Source of the DNA: Microcystis aeruginosa NIES-843
GTDB lineage: Bacteria > Cyanobacteriota > Cyanobacteriia > Cyanobacteriales > Microcystaceae
Reading direction: 5' to 3'
DNA: 32,000 nt
Assembly (NCBI RefSeq): GCF_000010625.1
Contig: NC_010296.1
Location: 4,470,001-4,502,000 of the forward strand
Position 1 is the stretch's first letter; each line of letters starts with the position of its first letter. Made by a program: the position numbers and the translations under genes. Positions 1 through 9,658 of the stretch are shown here, piece after piece. The notes beneath the pieces were generated by a model, which worked only from the letters and a program-made list of their open reading frames with translations, searched no databases and had not been told where the DNA came from.

Positions 1-621
1 TTTGATTTGTTGTCTTAGCTTGGGGTAAGTTTGAAGTTTTGTCAGTAGTTTCTGGTGGTTTATTTGATCAAAGCATTTACTTATGTCCGCATCTAGCACA
101 TATTTGGGCTTTTTGTTGATGCTTATGTAGATTGCTCCGATTGCGTCATGGGCTGAACGTGCTGGTCTAAATCCATAACTGTTAGGTTCAAATTTTGCTT
201 CCCATTCGGGTTCTAATGCCAGTTTTACTAAGGCTTGTAATGCCCGTTCGTACATGGTGGGAATCCCTAGAGGTCGCTTTTCATCCGTATTGGGTTTTGG
301 TATCCATACTCTACGAGTTGCTTTTGATTTATTGCCAAGTTTTAGATTATTGACAAGTGCCATTCTTTGTTTGGGTGTTAAGGATTTTATCCCATCTACC
401 CCGGCGGTTTTCTTGCCTTGATTATCTTGGCTAACCCGTCTGACGGCTATCAGTTTGGCGTACCAGCTTTTTAGGAGTAGCCTTTGTAATTTGTGGACTA
501 ATTTGACATCACCCCGTTGACTGGCTTTGAATATTCTTTTTGGTAACTTAAAAACACATCTTTCAGCTTTTCGCCAGTTGATGTCCTTCCATTCATACAT
601 CGGTTTTGTTGCCGTGTTCAT
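1..621 (-). CDS. Group II intron-encoded reverse transcriptase/maturase, N-terminal part (3' end cut by the window edge)
   Basis: My own translation of the minus strand from the ATG at 621-619 gives MNTATKPMYEWKDINWRKAERCVFKLPKRIFKASQRGDVKLVHKLQRLLLKSWYAKLIAVRRVSQDNQGKKTAGVDGIKSLTP...RRVWIPKPNTDEKRPLGIPTMYERALQALVKLALEPEWEAKFEPNSYGFRPARSAHDAI...LDADISKCFDQINH. These are the classical RT0-RT3 motifs of bacterial/cyanobacterial group II IEPs. The ORF is not in the supplied track because it is open at the window edge. Confidence 0.9.
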   Translation of the reverse strand, partial: MNTATKPMYEWKDINWRKAERCVFKLPKRIFKASQRGDVKLVHKLQRLLLKSWYAKLIAVRRVSQDNQGKKTAGVDGIKSLTPKQRMALVNNLKLGNKSKATRRVWIPKPNTDEKRPLGIPTMYERALQALVKLALEPEWEAKFEPNSYGFRPARSAHDAIGAIYISINKKPKYVLDADISKCFDQINHQKLLTKLQTYPKLRQQIK

Positions 622-1193
622 AACTTTTTCATTACTACTTAAGACCATTCATTCCATTGAACAGTGTGTACGTCAGCATATCCTTATCTATTACAGATAG
701 GCGTTGGCTTCTTACACAATCCTTTCCTATATGAGTCTTACGCTGGTTACTACTTAGATTTCGACCTATCTAAGAGATTCATAAGGATTACTTCGTTCCC
801 AACCACCGTATTCCTAACTTTAGTGTCTTCCTCTATACCGAAGCTGTGTAGATGATTCTGGTTGAACTCTATCTTTTCCCAGTACGTTAGCTTGTTAACA
901 TTTTGTTGCCAGCCAATAATCTGTGTAGGCTAGGTTTCAGTGACGATACTTCTGACGGAAGTTCTTATTCATACACATAGTTAGATGCTAGACAGGTTTT
1001 GATGTCAGATTCATCTTTACTGCCATTTAACCCCGCTTTTCCCCTTTTGATGACCGTTCTCCACAGGAAGGGGTTATGCTGTCACTCCATCATCTGGAGG
1101 GAAGGACTTTCACCTTCACGGTTATTGAGTTATCAAGGTTCTCAACCTTGTCCTACCCACGTCTGTTAGACTTTTGGTAGGAACGAGTCGCAC
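1..1193 (-). mobile_element. Group II intron, 5' portion (domains I-III and start of domain IV with the IEP ORF). The 3' part lies beyond the window start.
   Basis: Read on the minus strand from 1193 downward, the sequence begins GTGCGACTCGTTCC, matching the group II 5' consensus GUGYG. About 570 nt of non-coding sequence follows, including GTGAAGGTGAAAGTCC (about 1099-1120). An RT ORF then starts at 621, the position expected for domain IV. Confidence 0.85.
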
Positions 1194-1374
1194 GATAGAT
1201 TCTGTACTTAAACGCTTTTAATATCTTGTTTACCAAACTAAATTTACTATGGTAAGCTATGCAAGGCTAAATTGTCAAGGATTTAATCGTGCTTCGCTGT
1301 TTTATATTGGTCGGGGTTTCATCCTGTCAGTACGAGGGTCTTCACCCCGACATCTGTGATAAATTGGGTTATGT

Positions 1375-2589
1375 GTGCAAAGGAGTGAGCGAGTGGTGTT
1401 TAGCATCGAACCAAAAATTATCAATCCGCCCAAAAACCGTCATGATTATCAATTGTCGGAAGCAATTCGCTATCGTGCTTGGGTAGAGATTGATCGCTCG
1501 GCCTTACAACAAAACGTGCGAAAAGTCAAGGCCTTATTAGCCCCAAAAACGGAATTAATAGCGGTAATTAAAGCCGATGCTTACGGACACGGGGCAGTTA
1601 AGGTGGCTAACAGCGTTTTAGAAGCTGGAGCGCAATCTTTAGCCATCGCGACTATCGGGGAAGGTATCGAACTACGGGAAGCGGGAATCGTTGCCCCAAT
1701 TATGATTTTAGGGGCAGTGAACACCCCGGAAGAAGTGGCAGCCTTAGCCCATTGGCAATTGCAACCCACCCTGGTGCAAATCGAACAGGTGCAAATTTTT
1801 GCCAGCGTGATGAGACGCTTAGAGCAGCGGCTGCCGGTTCATATCAAACTAGATACGGGGATGTCTCGCTTAGGTACACAATGGCAAAACGGCACAAAAT
1901 TCGTCGAACAGGTTTTAGAGGCTCCTAACCTGAAAATTGCCAGTATATACTCGCATTTTGCCACGGCTGACGATCCCAACCCCGAAATCATGCAGTTACA
2001 ACGGCAAAGATTCCAACAAGCGATCGCCGAGTTAAGATCAAAAGGTTATCATCCCCCCTGTCTGCATTTAGCCAACTCTGCCGCTACCCTAAGCGATCGA
2101 TCTCTGCACTACGATCGAGTTAGAGTGGGATTAGCTCTCTACGGTCTTTATCCCGCCGATCATCTCACCGATAAAGTCCCTTTGCAACCCGTCCTGCAAG
2201 TAAAAGCGCGCATTGCCCAAGTCAAAACCATTGCCGCCGGCTCCGGAGTGAGTTATGGTCATCAGTACATAGCGGCAAAAGACACCCGTATTGCTGTGGT
2301 CGGTATCGGTTACGCTGATGGAATTCCCCGCAATCTCTCCAATCGTTTAAAAGTATCCCTGAGAGGACGTTTAGTACCCCAAATCGGCGCAATAACCATG
2401 GATCAGTTAATGATTGACGTGAGCGAGATTCCAGAGGTAAAAACAGGGGAAATCGTCACACTTATCGGTAAAGATGGCCCACAGTGCATTACCGCCGACG
2501 ATTGGGCGCGGGATTTAGGTACGATATCCTGGGAAATTCTCTGCGGTTTTAAGCATCGTTTGCCGCGAATTATTATTAGCAACGGCTAA
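1375..2589 (+). CDS. alr: Alanine racemase
   Basis: The PLP-lysine motif VIKADAYGHG is present, with full-length similarity to Alr (YSHFATAD, GYADG). The GTG start at 1375 is uncertain; other in-frame GTG/TTG codons follow. Confidence 0.9.
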   Translation: MQRSERVVFSIEPKIINPPKNRHDYQLSEAIRYRAWVEIDRSALQQNVRKVKALLAPKTELIAVIKADAYGHGAVKVANSVLEAGAQSLAIATIGEGIELREAGIVAPIMILGAVNTPEEVAALAHWQLQPTLVQIEQVQIFASVMRRLEQRLPVHIKLDTGMSRLGTQWQNGTKFVEQVLEAPNLKIASIYSHFATADDPNPEIMQLQRQRFQQAIAELRSKGYHPPCLHLANSAATLSDRSLHYDRVRVGLALYGLYPADHLTDKVPLQPVLQVKARIAQVKTIAAGSGVSYGHQYIAAKDTRIAVVGIGYADGIPRNLSNRLKVSLRGRLVPQIGAITMDQLMIDVSEIPEVKTGEIVTLIGKDGPQCITADDWARDLGTISWEILCGFKHRLPRIIISNG

Positions 2590-2802
2590 TTATGGCGGTG
2601 ATCTTAAAAAATGTCAATTGGCGGCAATTCTTATTGTTAACTGACTGGTGAGATCTGTAATTAATTTTGCCTAGATACTTGCCTTGGTCAAGTGCGATCG
2701 CTGATTGCTGGGCTAGATGAGGGGATGAATTCTCCGGTGCTTTAGGTTAAAATAAACAGGGTTAATCGACGGCAACTGATCAGTTTTACCCTAGAGGCAG
2801 CG

Positions 2803-4107
2803 ATGACTATAAGCAAAGATCTACCCTTACCCCCCGGCAGTTTCGGATTACCCCTATTAGGAGAAACAATCGCTTTTTTGACCGATGGGGATTTTGCCAG
2901 TAAACGTCATAATAAATATGGTCAACTTTTCCGTACTCATATTTTTGGCAGTCCCACGATTATTTTATCCGGTGCCGAAGCTAACCGGTTTCTCCTCAGC
3001 AATGAGAATAAATACTTTGCGGCAACTTGGCCCAAAAGTACCAAAACTCTCCTCGGTAGCGCATCTTTAGCGGTGCATACAGGAGATGTTCACGCTTCCC
3101 GTCGTCGTTTAATCTATCAAGCTTTTCAACCCCGGTCCCTAGCAAGTTATATCCCTACGGTAGAAACAATTACCGCTCACTATTTAGAGCGTTGGCAAAC
3201 CGCAACAACCCTGTCATGGTATCCTGAATTAAGAAACTATACTCTCGATATCGCCTGTAAATTATTTGTCGGTCTTGACGATGGTTCTGCTACCAAATTA
3301 GGAGAAGCTTTTGATACTTGGTGTGCGGGACTATTTACCCTTCCCATTCCCCTTCCCTGGACAGCTTTCGGCAAAGCATTACGCTGTCGAGAAGAATTAC
3401 TGGAAGCCATAGAAACTATCATTTTAGAAAGAAAAAAAAATGATGACTTAGGCCAGGATGCTCTGGCTATCCTTTTACAAGCTAAAGACGAAAACGGTCA
3501 AAGTTTATCCCTAGCGGAATTAAAGGATCAAGTGCTATTATTACTCTTTGCTGGTCATGAAACTTTAACCTCTGCTATCGCCACTTTCTGCCTACAAATG
3601 GCACTGCATCCCGATATTTTTCAGCTTGTCCTTGAGGAAATAACTAATTTTGATCTATCCACTCCTTTAAGCGTTGATACCCTCAAACAGATGACCTATT
3701 TAGATCGCGTTTTAAAGGAAGTTTTACGTTTTACTCCCCCCGTGGGAGGAGGATTCCGTCGGGTAATAGAAGACTGTCAATTTAACGGTTATCATTTGCC
3801 GAAAGGATGGGTAGTGCAGTATCAAATCAGCAATACCCATAAAGATAATAATATTTATTCCCATCCTGAAACCTTCGATCCCGATCGCTTTTTAGCCGAG
3901 GAAAAACCCTACGGATATATCCCTTTTGGTGCGGGATTACGCGAATGTATAGGCAAAGAATTCGCTCGTTTAGAGATGAAAATTTTAGCCGTCCGTTTAG
4001 TACAAAAGTACGATTGGCAATTACTCCCCAATCAAGATCTCACCCTCACCTCTATCCCCACTCCTCACCCCCGGGACGGTTTACAAGTTACCTTTAAACC
4101 CCGTTAA
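2803..4107 (+). CDS. Cytochrome P450, CYP120-like
   Basis: Contains the heme-thiolate loop FGAGLRECIGKEFARLEMK, the I-helix FAGHETLTSA, the ExxR motif (KEVLRFTPP) and an N-terminal PLPPGSFGLPLLGET. Length and motifs resemble the cyanobacterial CYP120 family. Confidence 0.9.
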   Translation: MTISKDLPLPPGSFGLPLLGETIAFLTDGDFASKRHNKYGQLFRTHIFGSPTIILSGAEANRFLLSNENKYFAATWPKSTKTLLGSASLAVHTGDVHASRRRLIYQAFQPRSLASYIPTVETITAHYLERWQTATTLSWYPELRNYTLDIACKLFVGLDDGSATKLGEAFDTWCAGLFTLPIPLPWTAFGKALRCREELLEAIETIILERKKNDDLGQDALAILLQAKDENGQSLSLAELKDQVLLLLFAGHETLTSAIATFCLQMALHPDIFQLVLEEITNFDLSTPLSVDTLKQMTYLDRVLKEVLRFTPPVGGGFRRVIEDCQFNGYHLPKGWVVQYQISNTHKDNNIYSHPETFDPDRFLAEEKPYGYIPFGAGLRECIGKEFARLEMKILAVRLVQKYDWQLLPNQDLTLTSIPTPHPRDGLQVTFKPR

Positions 4108-4139
4108 CCGGCTAGGATAAAAAAACTTTTAAAAAAGTT

Positions 4140-4197
4140 GAGCATTTTTCTCGGAGCCGTGAAATTTATTTCACGGCCTTTATTATCGGAAATGCTC
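4140..4197. terminator. Nested palindromes between convergent genes; candidate bidirectional terminator
   Basis: A perfect 22-nt palindrome GCCGTGAAATTTATTTCACGGC (4156-4177) is enclosed by the outer inverted repeat GAGCATTT (4140-4147) / AAATGCTC (4190-4197). It lies between the P450 stop (4107) and the ABC1 stop (4236). The flanking T-tracts are weak. Confidence 0.45.
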
Positions 4198-4235
4198 AGA
4201 TTTTGAGCCGTCGGTGGAACTCACCCGAACAGAGG

Positions 4236-6227
4236 TTAATCGGCAGCGGGTAAAGCTTTCGGTAATTCTCCATTTTGCCGATGATTTGGTCTATCGAATT
4301 CGAGAACTAAGTAACGAATTAAACGCGCTAGGGATTTTTGTAGTAAACCTTCAGCAATTTTTTGTCCCATCTGTTGGGTTTCCGGTTTAGCGATTAGTTT
4401 AGTCATCACTGGCACCATAGCCATGGCATCGAATCCTTTCGTTTCTTGTAAAATAGTAAAGATGTTGCGAAGATGCTCAAAACTCTTGGCATCACCTAAC
4501 AATTCTGGGGGAGTTTCTTGTACCGCTAAACCCACCTGTTGCCGGAAATTAACTGTGAGATTAAACCAAGTGCGACGGCCGAAGTTATCGAGCGCATTGA
4601 CTAACTCATTAACTAATTTTTCGCGGATAAATATACCCCTGTCTGAAAGGAGAAAATCTAACGCTTGATCGGTCACTTTCTCGAAGTTAAAATCATTAGA
4701 ATCTTTAGCATTACGCAAGAGATTTTCTAAACGATTCCAGCGAAAAGTACCGTCTTTAAACAATAAATCTCGCAAGGAATCTCGCAACTCCGTGGAAGGA
4801 TCGGTGAGCAGACGTTTAGCAATATAAGGATAGGCTTTACTCAGTACCTTAAAATTAGGATCGATGCCAATTGCTATTCCCTCTAAAGTCACCATCGAGC
4901 GAATAATCAGGGCATAATAGGCAGGAACTCGAAAGGGAAACTCATACATCATTGCCGACATTTTATCGGTGATACTTTTAAAGTTTAATTCTGCCACACT
5001 CGCCCCTAAAGCATTACCGAAAACTTCCGAAAAAGCGGGAACAATTGGCTCTAAATTGGTAGTTGGTGACAGGAAGTCTAACTTAACGTAATCCTTGGCC
5101 AAAGACTCAAAATCCCGGTTGACTAAATGCACCACCGCTTCGATTAAACCGTAGCGTTGATAGGGTTCAATATTGCTCATCATGCCGAAATCAAGATAAG
5201 CTAATTTACCGTCGGGAGTCGCTAATAAATTACCCGGATGGGGATCCGCATGGAAAAATCCGTGTTCAAGTAATTGACGCAAAGAACACTGCACCCCCAC
5301 ATTAACTAAGTGGGTGGCATCAATACCCTGGGCCTGAATTTCTTTGATATTAGTTAATTTTGTGCCGTCCACCCACTCCATGGTTAAAACCCGTCGCCCG
5401 GTATATTTCCAGTAGATTTTGGGGATGTAAATTTCGGCAATGTGACCGTAAAGTTGAGCGAATTTTTCGGCGTTTTGTCCTTCGTGAAGATAATTAATTT
5501 CTTCAAAAATGCGACTGGCTAATTCGTCGGTAATTGCCACTAAATCGGAGCGAAGTCTTTTAATATTACCTTTCACCCAAGTCGCCAAACTACGCATGAT
5601 ATACACATCTAAAGTTATACAGCGAATCAAATCGGGACGCTGTACTTTAACGGCGACTCTCTCTCCGGTTTTTAATTTACCTTTGTAAACTTGTCCTAGG
5701 GAAGCGGCCGCTATGGGATTGGGGGATAATTCTGCGTAAATTTCCTCGGGAGAATAACCTAATTCTTCTTCGATAAAACGATAGGCAATTTCGTTAGGAA
5801 AAGAGGGGATTTGATCCTGGAGAGTGGTTAATTCTTCTAAATATAAAGGCGGTACTAAATCAGGCCGGGTAGAGAGAGCTTGACCGATTTTAATATAGGT
5901 CGGTCCCAATTTGGTCAACATTTCCCGCAATTGTACGGCCCGTCTAATTTCATTTTTTGGCGATTTTCCCCGTAGTTTATCCCACCAGATACCGATGACA
6001 AAAGATAAAACCGGCAGGGCAATTTCGATTAATCTCCCCAAAAAGTCTAGAGGTCGCCGACGGTAATAGTCGTTAATAACTTGGGGATTGTAGCGCCAAC
6101 TTTCGGCTACGTTGTCATCCATGGGGCCGATATCTTCCCGATGCTCTTCGGGAATATGGACCGGCTGCACTTCAACGGTAATCGCTTCTGGGGTTTGCGT
6201 CTCCGGGGAGATCATCTGTTCGGACAT
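4236..6227 (-). CDS. ABC1/UbiB-family atypical protein kinase
   Basis: Contains LGQVYKGKL...VAVKVQRP and FFHADPHPGNL..YLDFGMM, the hallmark motifs of the ABC1 (ADCK/UbiB) kinase family. Confidence 0.85.
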   Translation of the reverse strand: MSEQMISPETQTPEAITVEVQPVHIPEEHREDIGPMDDNVAESWRYNPQVINDYYRRRPLDFLGRLIEIALPVLSFVIGIWWDKLRGKSPKNEIRRAVQLREMLTKLGPTYIKIGQALSTRPDLVPPLYLEELTTLQDQIPSFPNEIAYRFIEEELGYSPEEIYAELSPNPIAAASLGQVYKGKLKTGERVAVKVQRPDLIRCITLDVYIMRSLATWVKGNIKRLRSDLVAITDELASRIFEEINYLHEGQNAEKFAQLYGHIAEIYIPKIYWKYTGRRVLTMEWVDGTKLTNIKEIQAQGIDATHLVNVGVQCSLRQLLEHGFFHADPHPGNLLATPDGKLAYLDFGMMSNIEPYQRYGLIEAVVHLVNRDFESLAKDYVKLDFLSPTTNLEPIVPAFSEVFGNALGASVAELNFKSITDKMSAMMYEFPFRVPAYYALIIRSMVTLEGIAIGIDPNFKVLSKAYPYIAKRLLTDPSTELRDSLRDLLFKDGTFRWNRLENLLRNAKDSNDFNFEKVTDQALDFLLSDRGIFIREKLVNELVNALDNFGRRTWFNLTVNFRQQVGLAVQETPPELLGDAKSFEHLRNIFTILQETKGFDAMAMVPVMTKLIAKPETQQMGQKIAEGLLQKSLARLIRYLVLEFDRPNHRQNGELPKALPAAD

Positions 6228-6348
6228 AGTTCGGTGACGGGGCAGGGTGATTTGTAAACTATTGTAACAAGTATCGGCTTTCTGCCCGATCTTGTTTCTG
6301 TCTCCCTAGTTCTATGCTCAGGTTCGTCTTCAACTTTACCCTGGAGGG

Positions 6349-7449
6349 TTATTGCCTCTCAAAGTATTCTACGATAGCTCTCGCTATCGATTCTGCACCA
6401 TCTTTAGCCAGTTTAACCTTTAATCTGGGCGGTTGGGGGGCTTGGCGTAAAAAGTCCCAATTACCTTGAAAAAATTCTTCACTGCTAATAATTTGATGAT
6501 CACTATAATCTTGAATTCCGGCCAATAAAATCGCTGATTCGGCGAAACCTTCTCGAGTGAGGGAAACAATCGGCACCTCTAATTTTAAAGCCTCGGCAAA
6601 GGTACTATATCCCGGTTTGGAAATAATTCGATCGCACAGGGGCATAAAATCCACGGGACGATAGCTCCGATCTGGTTTATCCTGTAAGCGGACTAAATTG
6701 GGCAGTTCGGGCGCGTTTTTTTCAAAAGTGATAAATTGCCAATCGGGAAAACTGGCGAGGTTATCATAGGGAATTGCTTCTAATCCTAACCCCCCAAAAC
6801 TCAATAAAATAGTTTTTTCTTTGGGGGCATTTAGCTTAAATTCCTGTCGCAATTGTTCTTCACTGTAGCGGGGTGTACCCCCGGTTAAATTTGCTTCTGT
6901 AACGTGAGGAAATGCTGTCATTGCTTCTGCTAAAGGCAGTTTAAACAAGCGATCGCATTGATTATAACAACGACTAATCCAATCACTAATACTGGCAAAT
7001 TCTTCACCCCAATCACGATAGATAAAATCCCAGCCGAAGTTACCAATCATCCAACAAGGAAGCCCCGCACTTTTGGCAATTAGTGCCGCTAAAGGAGGTA
7101 AATCGGCCACAACTAAACCCACACGATTAGTTTTAATAAAATTAACTTCACTGGCAATAATTGCCCTTGATTGAGCAATTATTTGTTCTAATTTTTCTTT
7201 AGTAGCTAATTTATCCATCGTTAAACTATCCGATTGGATTACCCCCACATCAAACCCCCGATGTCTTTGAATATATTCTCCGGATATATAGGAATCTAAT
7301 AACCAGCGCGGGGCCGTGGTGACTAATATCGGCAAAATTTCGGGATTAAGTTCAATAATATTAGCTACTACCGAAGCACTGCGGACGGCATGGCCAAAAC
7401 CATGATTAGTAACGGCAAAATAAACAACAGGACGAGACATAAATAGCAA
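6349..7449 (-). CDS. Glycosyltransferase, GT-B fold (GT1/GT28-like); substrate unknown
   Basis: The N-terminal FAVTNHGFGHAVRS glycine-rich loop and the C-terminal SKPGYSTFAEAL resemble MurG/UGT-type enzymes. The start is probably at the MSRPVVYF methionine (7440). Confidence 0.6.
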   Translation of the reverse strand: MLFMSRPVVYFAVTNHGFGHAVRSASVVANIIELNPEILPILVTTAPRWLLDSYISGEYIQRHRGFDVGVIQSDSLTMDKLATKEKLEQIIAQSRAIIASEVNFIKTNRVGLVVADLPPLAALIAKSAGLPCWMIGNFGWDFIYRDWGEEFASISDWISRCYNQCDRLFKLPLAEAMTAFPHVTEANLTGGTPRYSEEQLRQEFKLNAPKEKTILLSFGGLGLEAIPYDNLASFPDWQFITFEKNAPELPNLVRLQDKPDRSYRPVDFMPLCDRIISKPGYSTFAEALKLEVPIVSLTREGFAESAILLAGIQDYSDHQIISSEEFFQGNWDFLRQAPQPPRLKVKLAKDGAESIARAIVEYFERQ

Positions 7450-7514
7450 GTAAGGTGAGAATAATAAGCGAGAAATTTTGTTTTTCAGACTGTAGATAAT
7501 AATTACCCTTAGTT

Positions 7515-8204
7515 TTAGGGAGGCAAATGAGGCAGGATATAAATACTAGCAAAAGCATAATATTCCGCTCCTGATTGACAAGCTTCTTGCAGTAAAGATA
7601 AAGCCTCCGAGTCTCCTTGTTTTGCTAAACGTAATAATGCTAACAATCTTTTAATATATTGACTACGATAGTTAATTAATTCTTTTCGTCCACGCATACC
7701 ATTGAGATCGAACAAATCTTCAACAATTTGACCACGTCGATCCCGACCATAAACACTGGCCAATTTTGCCATTTCATCCCAAACAAATTCAATATGTGTA
7801 TTCGGATCGGTTACTCCATCCGTGGGGTCTATTAACAGAGGATTTCCTGTGATATCATCGAGAGGAAAATTTGTGCCTTTGTGATTGGCATCATTACATT
7901 TATCACAAGAAAGCAGTAAATTCTCCCAAGTAAAAGTCAGATCAGGATACTGGCTTTTTGGATAAAAATGTTCGATCGCTCCGTAAGTTACCACTATAAT
8001 CTTACTTTCACAGTAAGCGCATTTCCCATTAAACATTTTAACTAATGCGTCTTTAACCTGCGGATGACGGTATTTATTTTGTGCTTGGTTAATTTGAGCT
8101 TTAGTTGCCTTGTTGTTTGATTTTATTGATTCTAAAGCCTCTAGCCAACGAGCGGCATTTTTAGCTAATACGGGTGGCTCTGATATTCTGGTGACAGGAA
8201 TCAA
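7515..8204 (-). CDS. ptuB: HNH endonuclease of the TIGR02646 type; Septu PtuB-like
   Basis: Contains GKCAYCESKI...IEHFYPKS...WENLLLSCDKCNDANHKG, i.e. paired cysteines plus an H-N-H core. The N-terminus (IPVTRISEPPVLAKNAARW) is typical of the family. A TTG start at 8204 overlaps the upstream gene's TGA stop (TTGA). Confidence 0.75.
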   Translation of the reverse strand: MIPVTRISEPPVLAKNAARWLEALESIKSNNKATKAQINQAQNKYRHPQVKDALVKMFNGKCAYCESKIIVVTYGAIEHFYPKSQYPDLTFTWENLLLSCDKCNDANHKGTNFPLDDITGNPLLIDPTDGVTDPNTHIEFVWDEMAKLASVYGRDRRGQIVEDLFDLNGMRGRKELINYRSQYIKRLLALLRLAKQGDSEALSLLQEACQSGAEYYAFASIYILPHLPP

Positions 8205-9625
8205 GATAAACGCTCCTCTAGTAAGGCATCAATTCGGGATTCTAAACTATTAGGTTGACTAATTTCGCCAAAGGGTTTAACTTCTCGAACAAATAATGAC
8301 AGTTGTTCATATTCTTGCTTTTCTTCTGCTGCCAGATTTTTATTTTTACGATTTAGTTGGTGGTAACGCTTAATTTTATTTTCTGTATCAGTGGGATAGG
8401 TTGATTTCAGACCAAAAGCAGAACTTGTTAAAGTACGATCAACATTAGCCGCTAATTCTAAATAAGGAATTTCTACAATCTCTAATTCACCCGCTACCAG
8501 ATCGATTCGTAGGGTTAAAGAATTTGGCCCCGCACCAGCAGCGATTAAAGGACTATGAGTAGCGACAAAGAATTGAAGATTGGGAAAAACTTCCTGTAAC
8601 CATCCAGCAATTTCCCTTTGCCAAGAAGGATGTAAATGAATATCTAACTCATCGATTAAGACGACTCCAGAAGCCTCTGTGGGGTTATCTAGATTGGGGA
8701 AGGATTGTAATAATCGCCAAATTAAATCTCCGGCTAAAGCAATCATACTCCGAAAACCATCGGATAAACTAATGGTTGGAACTTTTTGACCGTTAACTAG
8801 AAACTGAATCAAGCCATCGGCAGTTACTTCAGCAATTTCTACATTACCGGGTAACAGTTTAGTAATTGCTTCTTCGCCGATTTTTTTCATTTGTTTGGCT
8901 TGAATATCTTGGGGATTTTTGGCTATTCGATAATCTAAATACACCATCCATCTCTCAAAAGAACTTAAAGATGTATCCTCATTAAATTGGCTGAAAAAGT
9001 TGCTAGAGCGTTGCGGGGGTTCAAGACTAGGAATAATCACTTGACTCACTCGTGTCAAACGACGGAAAGCTCCATAACCGACGGCAAACCAACCATGACT
9101 ATCGGAGGCAAAAGCATTGGCTCGCAACCAACCCAAAATTTTGCTATTTTCTTCGATTAATGCTGGTTCTGTATAGGTTTGTTTGTCCTTACTGCCTCCT
9201 AACTCTAACCTTTCCTTGCCTGTAACAAAATAGGAATAAGCAAAAGTTTTTCGAGTTTTATCCGTACCAAATTTTCCCGCATCCCCATCTTCTTGATGAA
9301 GCACTGCGGTTAATTTACCCGGTGTCTTGGGATTACATATCCAACCGGTCGGACGTGGTAATAATTCTTTGGCTGCTTCCGGTCCTGCGAGCAGCAAAGC
9401 TAAAGCCTGTAAAATCGTGCTTTTTCCTACTCCATTTTCTCCCAATAAAGTGATCCAATGATAAGGTTTAGCACGCCAATGACGTTGATTATTGGGATTA
9501 CGAATAAATTTAATCTCTTGATTCTGGAAGCATTTAATGTTTTCGAGTGTTATACTTTCAACCCACATGGACATTCCCCCAGAGAATAACAGCGATCGAT
9601 AAAATTCTAGCTTATTCGGCCACAT
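8201..9625 (-). CDS. ptuA: ABC/SMC-like AAA ATPase (AAA_15/AAA_21 type); Septu PtuA-like
   Basis: Carries Walker A LLGENGVGKSTILQAL, the signature-like LSDGFRSMIALAGDL, Walker B VVLIDELDIHLHP and the H-loop FFVATHSPLI. The true start is probably at MSMWVESITLENIK (9574 or 9568, with GGGGA upstream) rather than 9625. Confidence 0.75.
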   Translation of the reverse strand: MWPNKLEFYRSLLFSGGMSMWVESITLENIKCFQNQEIKFIRNPNNQRHWRAKPYHWITLLGENGVGKSTILQALALLLAGPEAAKELLPRPTGWICNPKTPGKLTAVLHQEDGDAGKFGTDKTRKTFAYSYFVTGKERLELGGSKDKQTYTEPALIEENSKILGWLRANAFASDSHGWFAVGYGAFRRLTRVSQVIIPSLEPPQRSSNFFSQFNEDTSLSSFERWMVYLDYRIAKNPQDIQAKQMKKIGEEAITKLLPGNVEIAEVTADGLIQFLVNGQKVPTISLSDGFRSMIALAGDLIWRLLQSFPNLDNPTEASGVVLIDELDIHLHPSWQREIAGWLQEVFPNLQFFVATHSPLIAAGAGPNSLTLRIDLVAGELEIVEIPYLELAANVDRTLTSSAFGLKSTYPTDTENKIKRYHQLNRKNKNLAAEEKQEYEQLSLFVREVKPFGEISQPNSLESRIDALLEERLS

Positions 9626-9658
9626 CTAGCCCTTTTTGGCCTTCATCTCTAAATCCAG

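Noticed and set aside
664-1486. ORFs 664-855 and 1289-1486
   Set aside because: The first lies on the strand opposite the group II intron ribozyme domains. The second overlaps the alr 5' region out of frame. Neither has motifs.
7515-9625. Interpreting the ATPase/HNH pair as a retron effector module or as a wholly new system
   Set aside because: No reverse transcriptase or msr/msd-like structured region is adjacent. The only RT in the window (1-621) belongs to a bona fide group II intron 7 kb away. The domain pair matches the already described Septu architecture, so novelty is not claimed.
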